Source: Syntrophales bacterium
Lineage (GTDB): Bacteria; Desulfobacterota; Syntrophia; Syntrophales; UBA2210
Direction: 5' to 3'
NCBI GenBank assembly: GCA_963666365.2
Contig: CAXXNF010000001.1
Coordinates: forward strand, 1 to 64,000
DNA length: 64,000 nt
Part shown: one piece after another, positions 20,930-33,033 of the stretch
Layout of the letters: each line of letters begins with the position of its first letter
Numbering within the stretch: the first letter of the stretch is position 1
Notes under the pieces: generated by a model
What the model was told of the DNA's origin: nothing
What the model saw: only the letters and a program-made list of their open reading frames with translations
The model's database searches: none
Translations under genes and position numbers: made by a program

Positions 20930-21724
20930 ATGAAACTGAAGGACAAGGTAGCCATCGTAACGGGAAGCGGCAGGGGCATCGGACGCGCCATCGCCCTCGT
21001 GTTTGCGCAGGAGGGGGCGAAGCTGGTCCTTATGGCGCGGTCGCAGGACCAGTTGGATGGCGTAAAAGCCGAGATTGAAGCACGGGGCGGTCAGGCGATG
21101 GCCCTGGCGGGGGATCTCGCCAAAAAGTCGGATATCGAACGGGTGGTGGCAGAGACCGTCGACCGGTTCGGCGGCCCGGACATATTGGTAAATAACGCCA
21201 GCCTTCAGAGCAGATCACTCACGCTCGATGTCGATGACGATGCATGGCAACACGTGATCCAGGTAAACCTGGTCGGCTCATTCCTTCTTACCAAGAGCTG
21301 TCTGAAATATATGATCCCCAGGAAGAGTGGGCGCATTATCAATGTGCTCTCAGTAAATGCAAAAGTCGGCCATGTGTTTGGAAGCGCCTATGCTGCAGCA
21401 AAGCACGGAATGCTTGGCGTCACGAGATCGTTGGCGCTCGAAATGGGATTTCTTGAAATCCCCGGTATTACGGTAAACGCTATTTGTCCCGGAGCGGTGC
21501 GGACGGAAATGATGGAAGGCGAAGGAGGACTTCTCGATTTTGTCGCCAAGGCCCTCAAGGGCGGCAGGGAAGATGCAATCGCATATATAACCGAGAAGAA
21601 CATGCAGAAGCGGATGCTGGAGCCGGAAGAAATCGCGGGGCTTGCCCTCTATCTGGCCTCAGACGACGCACGGGGCGTGACGGGCCAGGCGATAAATCTG
21701 GATGCGGGCCAAGTCATGTACTGA
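20930..21724 (+). CDS. Short-chain dehydrogenase/reductase (SDR)
   Basis: TGSGRGIG, NNA, YAAAK and VNAICPG motifs. Confidence 0.92.
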   Translation: MKLKDKVAIVTGSGRGIGRAIALVFAQEGAKLVLMARSQDQLDGVKAEIEARGGQAMALAGDLAKKSDIERVVAETVDRFGGPDILVNNASLQSRSLTLDVDDDAWQHVIQVNLVGSFLLTKSCLKYMIPRKSGRIINVLSVNAKVGHVFGSAYAAAKHGMLGVTRSLALEMGFLEIPGITVNAICPGAVRTEMMEGEGGLLDFVAKALKGGREDAIAYITEKNMQKRMLEPEEIAGLALYLASDDARGVTGQAINLDAGQVMY

Positions 21725-21736
21725 TCCGACGACCCC

Positions 21737-23381
<1,645 letters not shown>

Positions 23382-23613
23382 AGCCACCTCCCTCAATTCG
23401 CTGCGTTACCTGCACGCATCTCACTGACATATTCATATGACAGATTACCACGATACCATTTTACACAGGACTTTGCACTGAATTGTTGCGGCATTCGAAA
23501 GCCCCCCGATATAGACTGGAGAAACAGGCCTTATCTTTTCCGTCACTGTACGGATTACCGTGACACCGCCATTTTTATTGTATTTTTCAGAAAAGATACG
23601 GTAAAACACCGGT

Positions 23614-24528
23614 ATGCAACCAGCCTGCAATCGAAGCTCATCAACGGCGGTCACCTTGGTGCGCAGGGTCTATCGCCTCGAAGAGATCGCCACGTTCTTC
23701 ATGTGCGTCTTGCTCAACACGATGATACTCCTTTTTACGGACTTCGACAGAGCGGCGCACCTGTTCATACTGAATCTGGCGCTGGTTTTAATTATCTTTG
23801 CCGTGGTATGGATCGAGCGAATATGGAAGAGGCCGGCAATGACCTTTCTTCGCGACTGGTATCCACTGCCTCTATTAATCACTATCTACCTGGAACTGAG
23901 GCATATCGTCCCCCTTGTCAATCCCCATGACGTGGACGATATACTCATCGCACTGGATCGAATTCTGTGCAGAGGGCACGATCCTACTGTCCTGATGGAA
24001 TACTGCACCACGCCTCCCCTATCGGAATTTCTTCAGATTGTGTATGCAAGTTTCTATCTGCTGCCCCTGTCGCTGTGCGTGATTACCTATTGGAAAGGCC
24101 GAAAGGATGCGTTTCATACAGTTGCCTCAACCATCATTATCGGTTTTTATATTTCCTATCTCGGATACTTTCTGACGCCGGCCATCGGACCGCGGTATAC
24201 GCTGACCCACCTTCAAACATCCGAGCTTACGGGTCTCTGGAGCTTCGACTGTATACGGTCGATGCTCGACAGCGCCTCAGGCGTGATGAGAGACTGCTGC
24301 CCCAGTGGCCATACAATGCTGAGCACGGTGACGGTGCTCCTGGCCTGGCGCCGGGAAAGAAGATGTATGCCCTTTGCAACGGTATGGGCGGCATTCATCA
24401 TTTTTTCGGCGGTATACCTTCGGTATCACTACATAACCGACATTCTTGCCGGCTTTGTATGCGCTTTGGCCTTTTCGCTGGTCTTCCCCCTTATCGAAAA
24501 ATACCACCGCAGCAGATCTGCTTCCTAG
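23614..24528 (+). CDS. PAP2-superfamily membrane protein (AUR1/inositol-phosphoceramide-synthase-like)
   Basis: Multi-TM, with LRDWYP, PAIGPRY, CPSGHT and YLRYHYITD. Confidence 0.78.
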   Translation: MQPACNRSSSTAVTLVRRVYRLEEIATFFMCVLLNTMILLFTDFDRAAHLFILNLALVLIIFAVVWIERIWKRPAMTFLRDWYPLPLLITIYLELRHIVPLVNPHDVDDILIALDRILCRGHDPTVLMEYCTTPPLSEFLQIVYASFYLLPLSLCVITYWKGRKDAFHTVASTIIIGFYISYLGYFLTPAIGPRYTLTHLQTSELTGLWSFDCIRSMLDSASGVMRDCCPSGHTMLSTVTVLLAWRRERRCMPFATVWAAFIIFSAVYLRYHYITDILAGFVCALAFSLVFPLIEKYHRSRSAS

Positions 24529-25655
24529 GAAATGTTTTTTTCGAAGATGCGGTAGGTTTTGTAATTTTCCGCCTTTAATGCGGATATGGCGCCGATCATC
24601 CTGCGGTTGGTCTCCACGATAAGGGAACAGTCGGACGCATTGAACCCCATCCCTACCCCCGTTTCAATGGTCTTCAGGTAAAATACGTCGTCTATATGGC
24701 GCCCCCGGTATTCGGGGAGGACTCCCATGACGATCGTACGGATCTTTTTGCTCTTTTTGATCGCTCTCAGGACCTTGAACAGGCGCCAGGGATAGAGCCT
24801 CCCGTTCAGTATTTTGAGGCCGATATTCGCGTCGGCGATAGAAATACAGAACCCTACAGTTGTATCGCCATCTTCGGCAAAGATGGCAAGCTCCGGAATC
24901 ACTACCATTTTGAGTTCATCGAAGAAGATCTTGAACTGCCTGTCCGTGAGGGGAAGGTGCCCCCAGTTTCCGTCCCAGGCGACATTAAATATTTCCTTGA
25001 TCTCACGGGCCCGCCGTTTCATGTCCCGCTTTTCCAGGGTGTGGTAGGTAATGTTCTGCCCTTTCATGAATTCTTCCCTTACCTCGGCGAGATAGGGCTG
25101 GTAGTCCTGTATGTCGCGCACCAAGTAACAGTACCAGTCAATGCACTTGCGAAATCCGTAGTTCTCTGCAAGATCCTTGTAATAGGGGGCAAAATGGAAA
25201 AGGCCTACCACAGGTATGATGTCGTTCCCCTCAATATCGAACCCGACGGCATCGTATACGGAAAAACTCTGGGGCCCCTGTATGATGGTTTTCCCGCGCC
25301 TGTTCAGCCATTCGGCGGCACTGTCGAACAGCGCATTGGCAACCTCCTGCGAGGGGATACATTCGAAGAATCCGAAAAACCCCGTATGGGCATCATATTT
25401 TCCCTCGTAGAGTCGATTGATGTGGGCGCTGATCCTCCCTACTGGCATGCCATTCCGATAGGCGAGAAAGAGCGCCGCATCACCGATTTCGTAGAAGTAC
25501 CCCTTCCGCCGGTCCAGAAATTTCATCTGCTCCGAGATGAGGGGAGGCACCCAGGCGGAATCGCCCTTGTATATTCCGGAAGTCCAGGGGAAAAGGACAA
25601 ATGTCTTGAGCGACTTTGCGTCATTTACGGTCTTTACGATAATATCTCCAGCCAT
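24525..25655 (-). CDS. YghO-like GNAT acyltransferase (bacterial ceramide-synthase-like)
   Basis: WVPPLISE, FLAYRNG.PVGRISA, GFFGFFE, WDGNWGH.PLT, MGVLPEYRG and YKTYRIFEK motifs. Confidence 0.75.
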   Translation of the reverse strand: MAGDIIVKTVNDAKSLKTFVLFPWTSGIYKGDSAWVPPLISEQMKFLDRRKGYFYEIGDAALFLAYRNGMPVGRISAHINRLYEGKYDAHTGFFGFFECIPSQEVANALFDSAAEWLNRRGKTIIQGPQSFSVYDAVGFDIEGNDIIPVVGLFHFAPYYKDLAENYGFRKCIDWYCYLVRDIQDYQPYLAEVREEFMKGQNITYHTLEKRDMKRRAREIKEIFNVAWDGNWGHLPLTDRQFKIFFDELKMVVIPELAIFAEDGDTTVGFCISIADANIGLKILNGRLYPWRLFKVLRAIKKSKKIRTIVMGVLPEYRGRHIDDVFYLKTIETGVGMGFNASDCSLIVETNRRMIGAISALKAENYKTYRIFEKNIS

Positions 25656-25732
25656 CACGCCCTCCCTGCACTCTATCTTTTCAGTTTATTCGATTAAGAA
25701 ATATGTAGGGGAAGGATATCAAGGAAATCGGT

Positions 25733-26650
25733 TTATTTTATTTCCCTCACCGTAGCCATGGCCGTCGCGATGAGACCTGCAACGTCAGCCACGTTGCTGG
25801 GCATAATAACCGTGTTGGTCGTCTTGGCAAGGTTCCCGAACTGCAAAATATACTGCTCCGCCAGTCGCATGTTAAGCGCTTCGATTCCACCCTCATCCTT
25901 AATGGCGGCGGCGACCTTGCTGATTCCCTCGCCCGTCGCCTTCGCGATCAGTTCGATCCGTTTTGCATCGGCTTCGGCCACCAGCGTCACCTGTGCCGCT
26001 TTGCCCTGGGCCTCGTTGATCTGCTTTTGCTTTTCACCCTCGGACTGATTGATCATGCTCTGCCGCACACCTTCGGACGTGGCTATGTTGGCCCGTTTCT
26101 GGCGCTCGGCTGTCATTTGGGCCTCCATGGCCTCTTTCACCGATACGGGCGGTGTAATATCCTTGATCTCATAGCGAAGCACCTTCACGCCCCACGAGAG
26201 GGCTGCCTGGTCAATGGCGTCGATCACCTCCGTGTTGATTTTTTCCCGCTCCTCGAAAGTTTTATCGAGGTCGATCTTGCCGATGGCCGAGCGCAGGGTT
26301 GTTTGCGCCAACTGCGACGCCGCCCGGAGATAGTTGTCAATGCCGTAGGCAGCCTTTTTCGCATCCTGGACCTCAAGGTAAATAAGGCCGTCTACCTCAA
26401 CGCTGACATTATCTTTGGTGATGCAAATCTGGGCGGGGATGTCCATCACCTGTTCTTTCAGACTGAATTTATAGGCAGCCCGATCCATAAATGGGATCAG
26501 AATGTGGAAGCCCGCATCGAGGGCGCGATGGAACTTTCCCAGACGCTCAACGATGACGGAACTTTTTTGAGGGACAATGATGGCGCCTTTGAAGAGCACT
26601 ACAACTACCAATACGGCGATGGCGATCAAGGCAACAAGGGTTGAAGTCAT
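25733..26650 (-). CDS. SPFH/stomatin-like (paraslipin, QmcA-type) protein
   Basis: IVERLGKF, QICITKDNVSVEVDG, AQTTLRSAIG, WGVKVLRYEIKDI and QMTAERQKRA. Confidence 0.93.
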   Translation of the reverse strand: MTSTLVALIAIAVLVVVVLFKGAIIVPQKSSVIVERLGKFHRALDAGFHILIPFMDRAAYKFSLKEQVMDIPAQICITKDNVSVEVDGLIYLEVQDAKKAAYGIDNYLRAASQLAQTTLRSAIGKIDLDKTFEEREKINTEVIDAIDQAALSWGVKVLRYEIKDITPPVSVKEAMEAQMTAERQKRANIATSEGVRQSMINQSEGEKQKQINEAQGKAAQVTLVAEADAKRIELIAKATGEGISKVAAAIKDEGGIEALNMRLAEQYILQFGNLAKTTNTVIMPSNVADVAGLIATAMATVREIK

Positions 26651-26765
26651 ATGCAATAATCCTCCTTATAAGGGCTTACATGGTGAGAATTCGGTGGAGA
26701 CAGCCACCACTGCACCCCCTCGGCGGGGGAGATGAGCTATGAACTCTCCTCTGCAGAACTCTATT

Positions 26766-27230
26766 TCACGCAGGGGAGACACTTTTAATCTTGAGACAGG
26801 ACCGATTGGCCTTGTCCACTCCCGTGATTTCGGCATCAGATCCGGCAGGGATTCGATCTTCGGAAACGGCATCCCACATGGTTCCACGAAAGCGCACCCG
26901 CCCTATCCGTCCCGGTTCCATATCCTGGTCGAGGGTAATCCGCGCTCCTACGGCAACATTTTCGGAATCATCGGCCTCCGGGCCTTCGCTTTTTCCGACA
27001 AAGACGCGCATGGCCACTTTTCGCAGCGTCATCAGAAAGGCGACGGACACTACTACAAAAACGATGACTTGCGCTGAATAGGCATCCGGAGCAAAGCCTG
27101 CGACGACTGCGGCGCCCCAGCACCCCAATCCAAAGAAGATGATCACAAAACCGGGCACGGCAAGCTCAGCGAGCATGACGGCAATGCCGGCCAAGAACCA
27201 GATGAGCCACGGCGAAAGTGTGATATCCAT
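26766..27230 (-). CDS. NfeD-like partner of SPFH protein
   Basis: WLIWFLAGI...AELAVPGFVIIFFGLG and C-terminal OB-fold GRVRFRGTMWDA; directly upstream of the SPFH gene. Confidence 0.88.
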   Translation of the reverse strand: MDITLSPWLIWFLAGIAVMLAELAVPGFVIIFFGLGCWGAAVVAGFAPDAYSAQVIVFVVVSVAFLMTLRKVAMRVFVGKSEGPEADDSENVAVGARITLDQDMEPGRIGRVRFRGTMWDAVSEDRIPAGSDAEITGVDKANRSCLKIKSVSPA

Positions 27231-27337
27231 TAATTCCCCTTTGTCCGGATGTGACAAAAACGGTTGATAACACATCGATTTTTAAGCGTAGACTTTAGAT
27301 AGAACCGACCGATAAGTCAAGGAAATATTCAGCAGGG

Positions 27338-27452
27338 GAGTTTCGGGGACACATAATTCAGCATTCCTGCGAAAAAAGTGTCTGTGTTTCTTACCGGCTT
27401 TCATAGGATTCTTAAGATAAGATCGTTAATTAAGTATACTGTCCCCGGAATT
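27338..27452. repeat. Short element bounded by imperfect inverted repeats TTCGGGGACA...TGTCCCCGGAA (MITE-like relic)
   Basis: tttcggggacacata at 27341 versus tatactgtccccggaatt at 27435-27452, with no ORF inside. Confidence 0.55.
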
Positions 27453-27470
27453 GGTGGTCTTTTTTTACGC

Positions 27471-27499
27471 TTGACAGGGATTTTTTTCGCTCGTATATT
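27471..27499 (+). promoter_or_regulatory. Candidate sigma70 promoter upstream of the RHS gene
   Basis: TTGACA-N17-TATATT. Confidence 0.55.
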
Positions 27500-27604
27500 T
27501 GCTTCATAGCATCAATATTAATAGCCATAAATTCAAAGAATTGCAAACCTACCTTAAGAACCGGACGTAACAAATCTGTGCAACCGGTTTTTTGAGCTTA
27601 TTGA

Positions 27605-27726
27605 AGAACCTCATAAAAATTATCGCCTTCGTCATACCGGCAAAAGCCGGCATCCAGTTTTTTCAAGTATTTCTGGATTCCGGGTCAAGCCCGGAATGAC
27701 AGAAAAGGAATTTACGCAAGGGTCTC
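27605..27726. repeat. MITE/REP-like palindromic element, copy 2
   Basis: AGAACCTCATAAAA...TTCGTCATACCGGCA...ATCCAG...CTGGATTCCGGGTCAAGCCCGGAATGACAGAAAAGG...GCAAGGGTCTC, homologous to 10926-11059. Confidence 0.75.
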
Positions 27727-27817
27727 TTTTCATGTGACCGGCGCCGGCCCTCCGGCATACCGCACACCTTTTGATTTCTATGAGAAGTATTCACCGCAGT
27801 GAAAGGAAGGGACGAAT

Positions 27818-30800
27818 ATGTGGCAACAGGTGAATCGGCACTGGGTATTTGCAGCGTTGCTGTCTGCTGTGTTGATGACGTTTCATGCCGGCTTTGCCAT
27901 GGCGATTCCCCTCTTTGACGACAACGGAAACGGAACGGTGTCAGACAGACAGACGAGCCTGGTGTGGCAGCAGGGGTGATGCACAAAACAGCGGCGTCAG
28001 ATACACCTGGCAGGAGAGTCTTACGTATTGCAACGGTCTTATCCTGGGGGGACGGTCGGACTGGCGCCTCCCCACCATTGATGAACTGCAAAGCATTGCC
28101 TGGAGTTACGATAAAGATCCAAAAATCCTCACTGACTTTTTCCCCGATTGCTATTCGGAGCTGTACTGGTCACGCACTGACTTCATAGAAAATACATGGC
28201 CTTACGATCCTGAAAAGGCACATGGCATTAATTTTTATTCGGGCGGGAAATACTACGGTGAGAAGAGCACCCCGGGGTGCGTCCGCTGCGTCCGCAACCA
28301 GGCGGATACGGACCCTGCGTCATTCTCGCAGACAACGCTGGAGTTCGGCGCGCCGGCGCCGGGCGAAAGCGTTGAAAAAACCATCGCAATCACGAACAAT
28401 ACCGCCTCCACATTCAGCAATATGCAAGTGACTTTCAGCGGGGGCGACGCCTCGCTGTTCACCGTTCTTTCACCCGATTTCACCGCTGATGAGTATAAAT
28501 ACCTCTCGCCCGGTCAGTCCGTCGATGTGACAATCCGCTACAGCGCCACACGAAAAGGCCTCGTTTTGGGAAAGGCCCTCTTCGATTACGAGTATCAAAC
28601 GACGCAGAGCGGCACGGGCACATTTCTGGTTCAGGCCGGCGCACGGGAGTATACGGCACTCACCTACGGAACAAAGAACAGACAACAGACAAGCGACGAG
28701 CCGGTCGCCCTGGCCACAGGCGAGTATCTTTGGGGACCGGAAAAAATCGTCAATCTCGGTGGTCCCCTGCCCCTTACCGTCTCCCTCTGGCACGCCGGCC
28801 GTCTGGCCCGGGAGAACCTCTCGGGCAACGCCGATTGTTTCATCGGCCACAACTGGCTGCACACCTACATGCTATCCATCGAACAGGAAGGTGATACGTC
28901 TATTACCATTTCATTCCTTCAGGGCAAGCGCCTGCGCTTTATTTACCAGGAAGGCCAGTGGCAACTGGCGGACGCCGACGCAGTCCCCTACCAGCTGCGT
29001 CAGGACGGAGGCGGATGTTTTCATCTGATGGACCCCAAGGCGGCGAGGATCTATAGTTTTCTCGCCGACGGCCGCCTCAAACGGGTGCAGGACCGAAACG
29101 GCAACGAACATGTGATCACCTATGTGGACGAGGTCCAGGAGACTGATATTCGCTCTATCAATACCATCACAGACGGATTGGGCCGCTCGCTCACATCGGG
29201 GCCATTCCGGATAGATGCCAACCGGATGGCAGTGCTGTACCAAACCAACGGCTACATCACTTCCATCAAGGACATGCTCGGCAACACCACCCAGTTCCGG
29301 TACACCAGCGAAATAGGCGACAGCGGATACCAATTGACCGCCGAGACACGTCCTTTGGGCAACACCCCCTGGACAAACACCTACGACAGCCAGGGCCGGG
29401 TCGTCTCACAGACCGACGCCTACGGGAATACCTGGACCTTCGATTACGACGCCCCTGAAGCAGGCGTGACCCGCATTACCGATCCAGAGGGACAGGAATT
29501 CTTCTCACGGCATGATGACGGTGCGGTATGGACGGGCTTCAGCGATCCATCGGGAAAGGGATACAGCCTCATCAACGATGAGACGGGCAGGCCGACGGAA
29601 CTGACCGACCGCCTGGGTGATACCACCGTTTTCACCTATCACGCCCCCTCGGGCCGGCTGGCCTCCATGACTGACGCCAAGGGGCACACCACAACATGGA
29701 CCTACGAACCGCAGGAACAGATCTTTACGAATCCCGACAACGAACAGACCTTCACTTTTACGTTTTATCACCTGTCCCGTATCGACCATGCGGACGGCAC
29801 CTTCGACGCATTTTCCTACGACGGGAAGGGCAATCTCCTGTCCCAGACCGACCGGGGGGGGCACGCCTGGTCTTACATCTATAACGAGCGAGGGCAGGTA
29901 CTGACGGCAACCAACCCGCTCGGCGGGAAGATCACCTACACTTACAACGCCGACGCCACGCCGGCAAGCCGAACCGACAGCGACACAGGAACAACGACAT
30001 ACGGCTACGACAATTACAAGCGTCTCGTCCTTGTCACCTATCCGGACAAATCCACCTTGAAATCAGCCTACGACAAAGAGGATCACCTTACCTCATTGAC
30101 CGATGAACTGAACCGGACCACGAACTTTACCTGGGACGCCAACGGCAACCTTGTCGCCACCACTGGCCCGGACGGCGGAACGGTTCTGTACGAATACGAC
30201 TTGATGGATCGCCTGGTAAAAACCACGAACCGTCTGGGAACCGCATCGACCCGGACTTATGACCGGCTGGATCGTCTCGCAGGCACGGCAGACGCCACAG
30301 GAGTTGCAGATGCCTATCAATACGATTCCCGGGGATGGCTTGACCGGGTGACCCGGGGAGGCAAGACATGGACGATGACTTACGATGACGAAGGGGTACC
30401 GGTGACTCGCACCACGCCTCTCGGAAGAACAACGACTGACATTACCGACACGCTGGGTCTCGTTGCCTCCGTTGTGGACCCTATGAACGGAACGACGAGT
30501 TATGGCCGGGATGCAATGAACCGCATTACCTCCATCACCGCCCCCGACAGCATGATCACCACCTATGCCTACAACGCCCTTGGACTCCTGTCCGGCGTGA
30601 CACTGCCCGGAGGGGAAACGGTCGCCTATAGCTATGGCAACATGGGCAACCTCACCCGGATCAAGGACTTCAATGGCAGTTCCTGGGACTTTGACTATAC
30701 GACGATGGGGCGTCTCGGAACACTTACGGATCCGTTGAGCCGGACCGTTCAATATACCTATGACAGCCGGGGACAATTAAATTCCGCCACTTATCCCGAC

Positions 30801-32531
30801 GCAAGCACCCAGAACATCACCTATGACGCCGCCGGCAACGTCACTCGCAGGCAGTACAGCACGGGGCTCGATCTGGCCTATAGCTACGACGCCCGGAACC
30901 GTCTCCTGACAACGAATGACCTTTCACTGACACGGGACACCGAAGGACGGATTACCGCAACGGCAGATGGCGAAGCCCTTTTCGGAGCAACCTATGATGA
31001 CGCGGGCCGTCTCAAGACGGCCACCTATAACAGTGTCTTTACCGTGACCTACACCTACGATGTGGGTGAAAACGGCACGGGCCTGCTCACCCGGATCAGC
31101 GACGACCTGACCAACACACAAATAACCTTCACCTATGACGACGATAAACGCCTGACCGCCACAGGCCTACCAAACGACAAATCAATCACACAGACCTGGG
31201 ATAAGGCGGATCGCCTTCTCCGTCTCCAATCGGGAGATCACGTTGATCTTTCATTCACCTACGATACGGGGGGGCGCATAACCGCCATGAACATGACGGC
31301 GCCCCTTACATTGGAATCATACATGCCCACGGTAAAACGCGCCTTGAGCTACGACGCCGCCTCCCAGATCAGCACCACCGGCTTCAATTACGACGCCCGG
31401 GGCCGCATGACCGCAGCACCGGGGTGGGCCTACGGCTGGGACGGCGCCTCGCGCCTGACCACAGTCGGCGATGCGATCCTGGCATATAACGGTATGGGAG
31501 ATCTCAGAACGCGCACCAGCGGAGGCGCAACCTCCCATTTTTACACCAATCATGCCATCGGCCTTTCACCGGTTGTCGCCGAAAAGAACGATACGACCGG
31601 CCTGATTACCCGCTATTACGTGTGGACTCCCGAGGGGCGTCTGCTCTACATGATCGATACTACCGACGGCAACAAGGTCTATCTCTATCATTTCGATCAG
31701 GCAGGAAACACCCTTGCCCTGACCGACGCCGTCGGCGCCGTCGTCAACGCCTATGCCTACGACCCCTATGGCCGTTTGCTCGCCCGCACCGGAACCGTTA
31801 CTCAGCCTTTCACGTTTGCCGGGGCTTGGGGCGTCCGCCAGGAAGGCGAAAGCGGCACGCTCTATCATATGGGCGCCCGTTATTACGATGCGGAGAAGGT
31901 GCGTTTTATCACGCCTGAACCTCTGTGGCCGCAGTTGGAAGAACCCAGGGCCGTCAATCCCTATCAGTATGCTTACGCCGATCCTCTCAGATATATTGAT
32001 CCGACAGGTCTTGATGCCGCATCGGACAAACTTGCGGATCGTATCTTTTATTTGCGTACAATGATATTCATTATCAAGGAGAGGGAAAGGGAGAGTAAAC
32101 TACAGGAAGCGGCCAATAAACTGGCGGGAAAATGGTGGAGGCCGATAGTGCAAGCGAAACGCGAGAAGGAACTGCAAGCGGAACGTGAGCAGAAAATGAA
32201 AGAACTTGCAGCGAAACTGAATAATGATCTGATGGGGTTGATCTTGCGGGAACACGCACGGGTGCGTCCGGCGGAACTGGAAAAACAAATTCACGATAAC
32301 GAGCAGTGGCTCCCAGGCGCGTGGAACGACTTTTTGAAAGGCCTCGCATTGCGGGATCGAATGCTCGCCGATATAGAGGCAAAACGCAAGGCGGGCAAGA
32401 AATTGGAACGTGGGGAGCTGCATGAATTGAAAAATGTTATCATCGGTCTCGCAATGCTATTGAGTAATATAGAATCGGCATTGCGCGAGATCGATCAGTC
32501 ACGGGCGGAACTGAATGAAATTCGACAATGA
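27818..32531 (+). CDS. Secreted RHS/YD-repeat protein: signal peptide, DUF1566, Ig-like domain, RHS core, helical C-terminal domain; apparent +1 frameshift at GGGG 27973-27976
   Basis: ATG 27818 gives MWQQ...FAMA-IPLFDDNGNGTVSDRQTSLVWQQG, which joins DAQNSGVRYTWQESL.YC...DWRLPTIDELQS. Many YD repeats follow, then ARYYD...NPYQYAYADPLRYIDPTG. Confidence 0.88.
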
Positions 32532-32619
32532 TGTGCACGCCGGGTTTGTTTCCGCCATGCGGGGTACAAGGCCGCTACGAGCATGAAAATCACGATATGT
32601 GCATAATGGAGAATGGGAT

Positions 32620-33024
32620 ATGAAGAAAAAAATCTTACTGCCTTTCCTGACGATACTTCTTCTGGGTGGAGCGTTGATGCTGTCCGTCCAGTCTATTCAC
32701 GCAGTTACGATTCACTTCTCCTACGACGACACCGGTCGGCTCGTAAGGGCCGATTACGGCATCGGCAAGAGGATCACTTATACCTACGACGCCAACGGCA
32801 ACCTCCTGACAAACGCGATTATCGGCGAGATCGCTCAGGGGGACGTAAATATCGACGGCGAGGTGAATCTTCAGGATGCCCTGGTGACACTGCGTCTTCT
32901 CGCAGGCCTTTCCACCCCCGAACAGGATATCGCTGATTATCTGGCCGGCAAGAAGAGCGTGAGCGAAACGATAGGCCTTCCCGAAACCCTCTGGATTCTG
33001 CAGAAAATCGCCGGTCTCCGGTAG
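32620..33024 (+). CDS. Small secreted protein with one YD/RHS repeat and a dockerin-like domain
   Basis: Signal peptide MKKKILL...IHA, then YDDTGRLVRADY...ITYTYDANGNLL and GDVNIDGEVNLQDAL. Confidence 0.8.
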   Translation: MKKKILLPFLTILLLGGALMLSVQSIHAVTIHFSYDDTGRLVRADYGIGKRITYTYDANGNLLTNAIIGEIAQGDVNIDGEVNLQDALVTLRLLAGLSTPEQDIADYLAGKKSVSETIGLPETLWILQKIAGLR

Positions 33025-33033
33025 CGAAACGGC

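Noticed and set aside
27530..27600. Possible c-di-GMP-I riboswitch in the RHS leader (GCAAACC...GGACG)
   Set aside because: No GNRA-capped P2 stem or convincing pairing seen. An Rfam scan would settle it.
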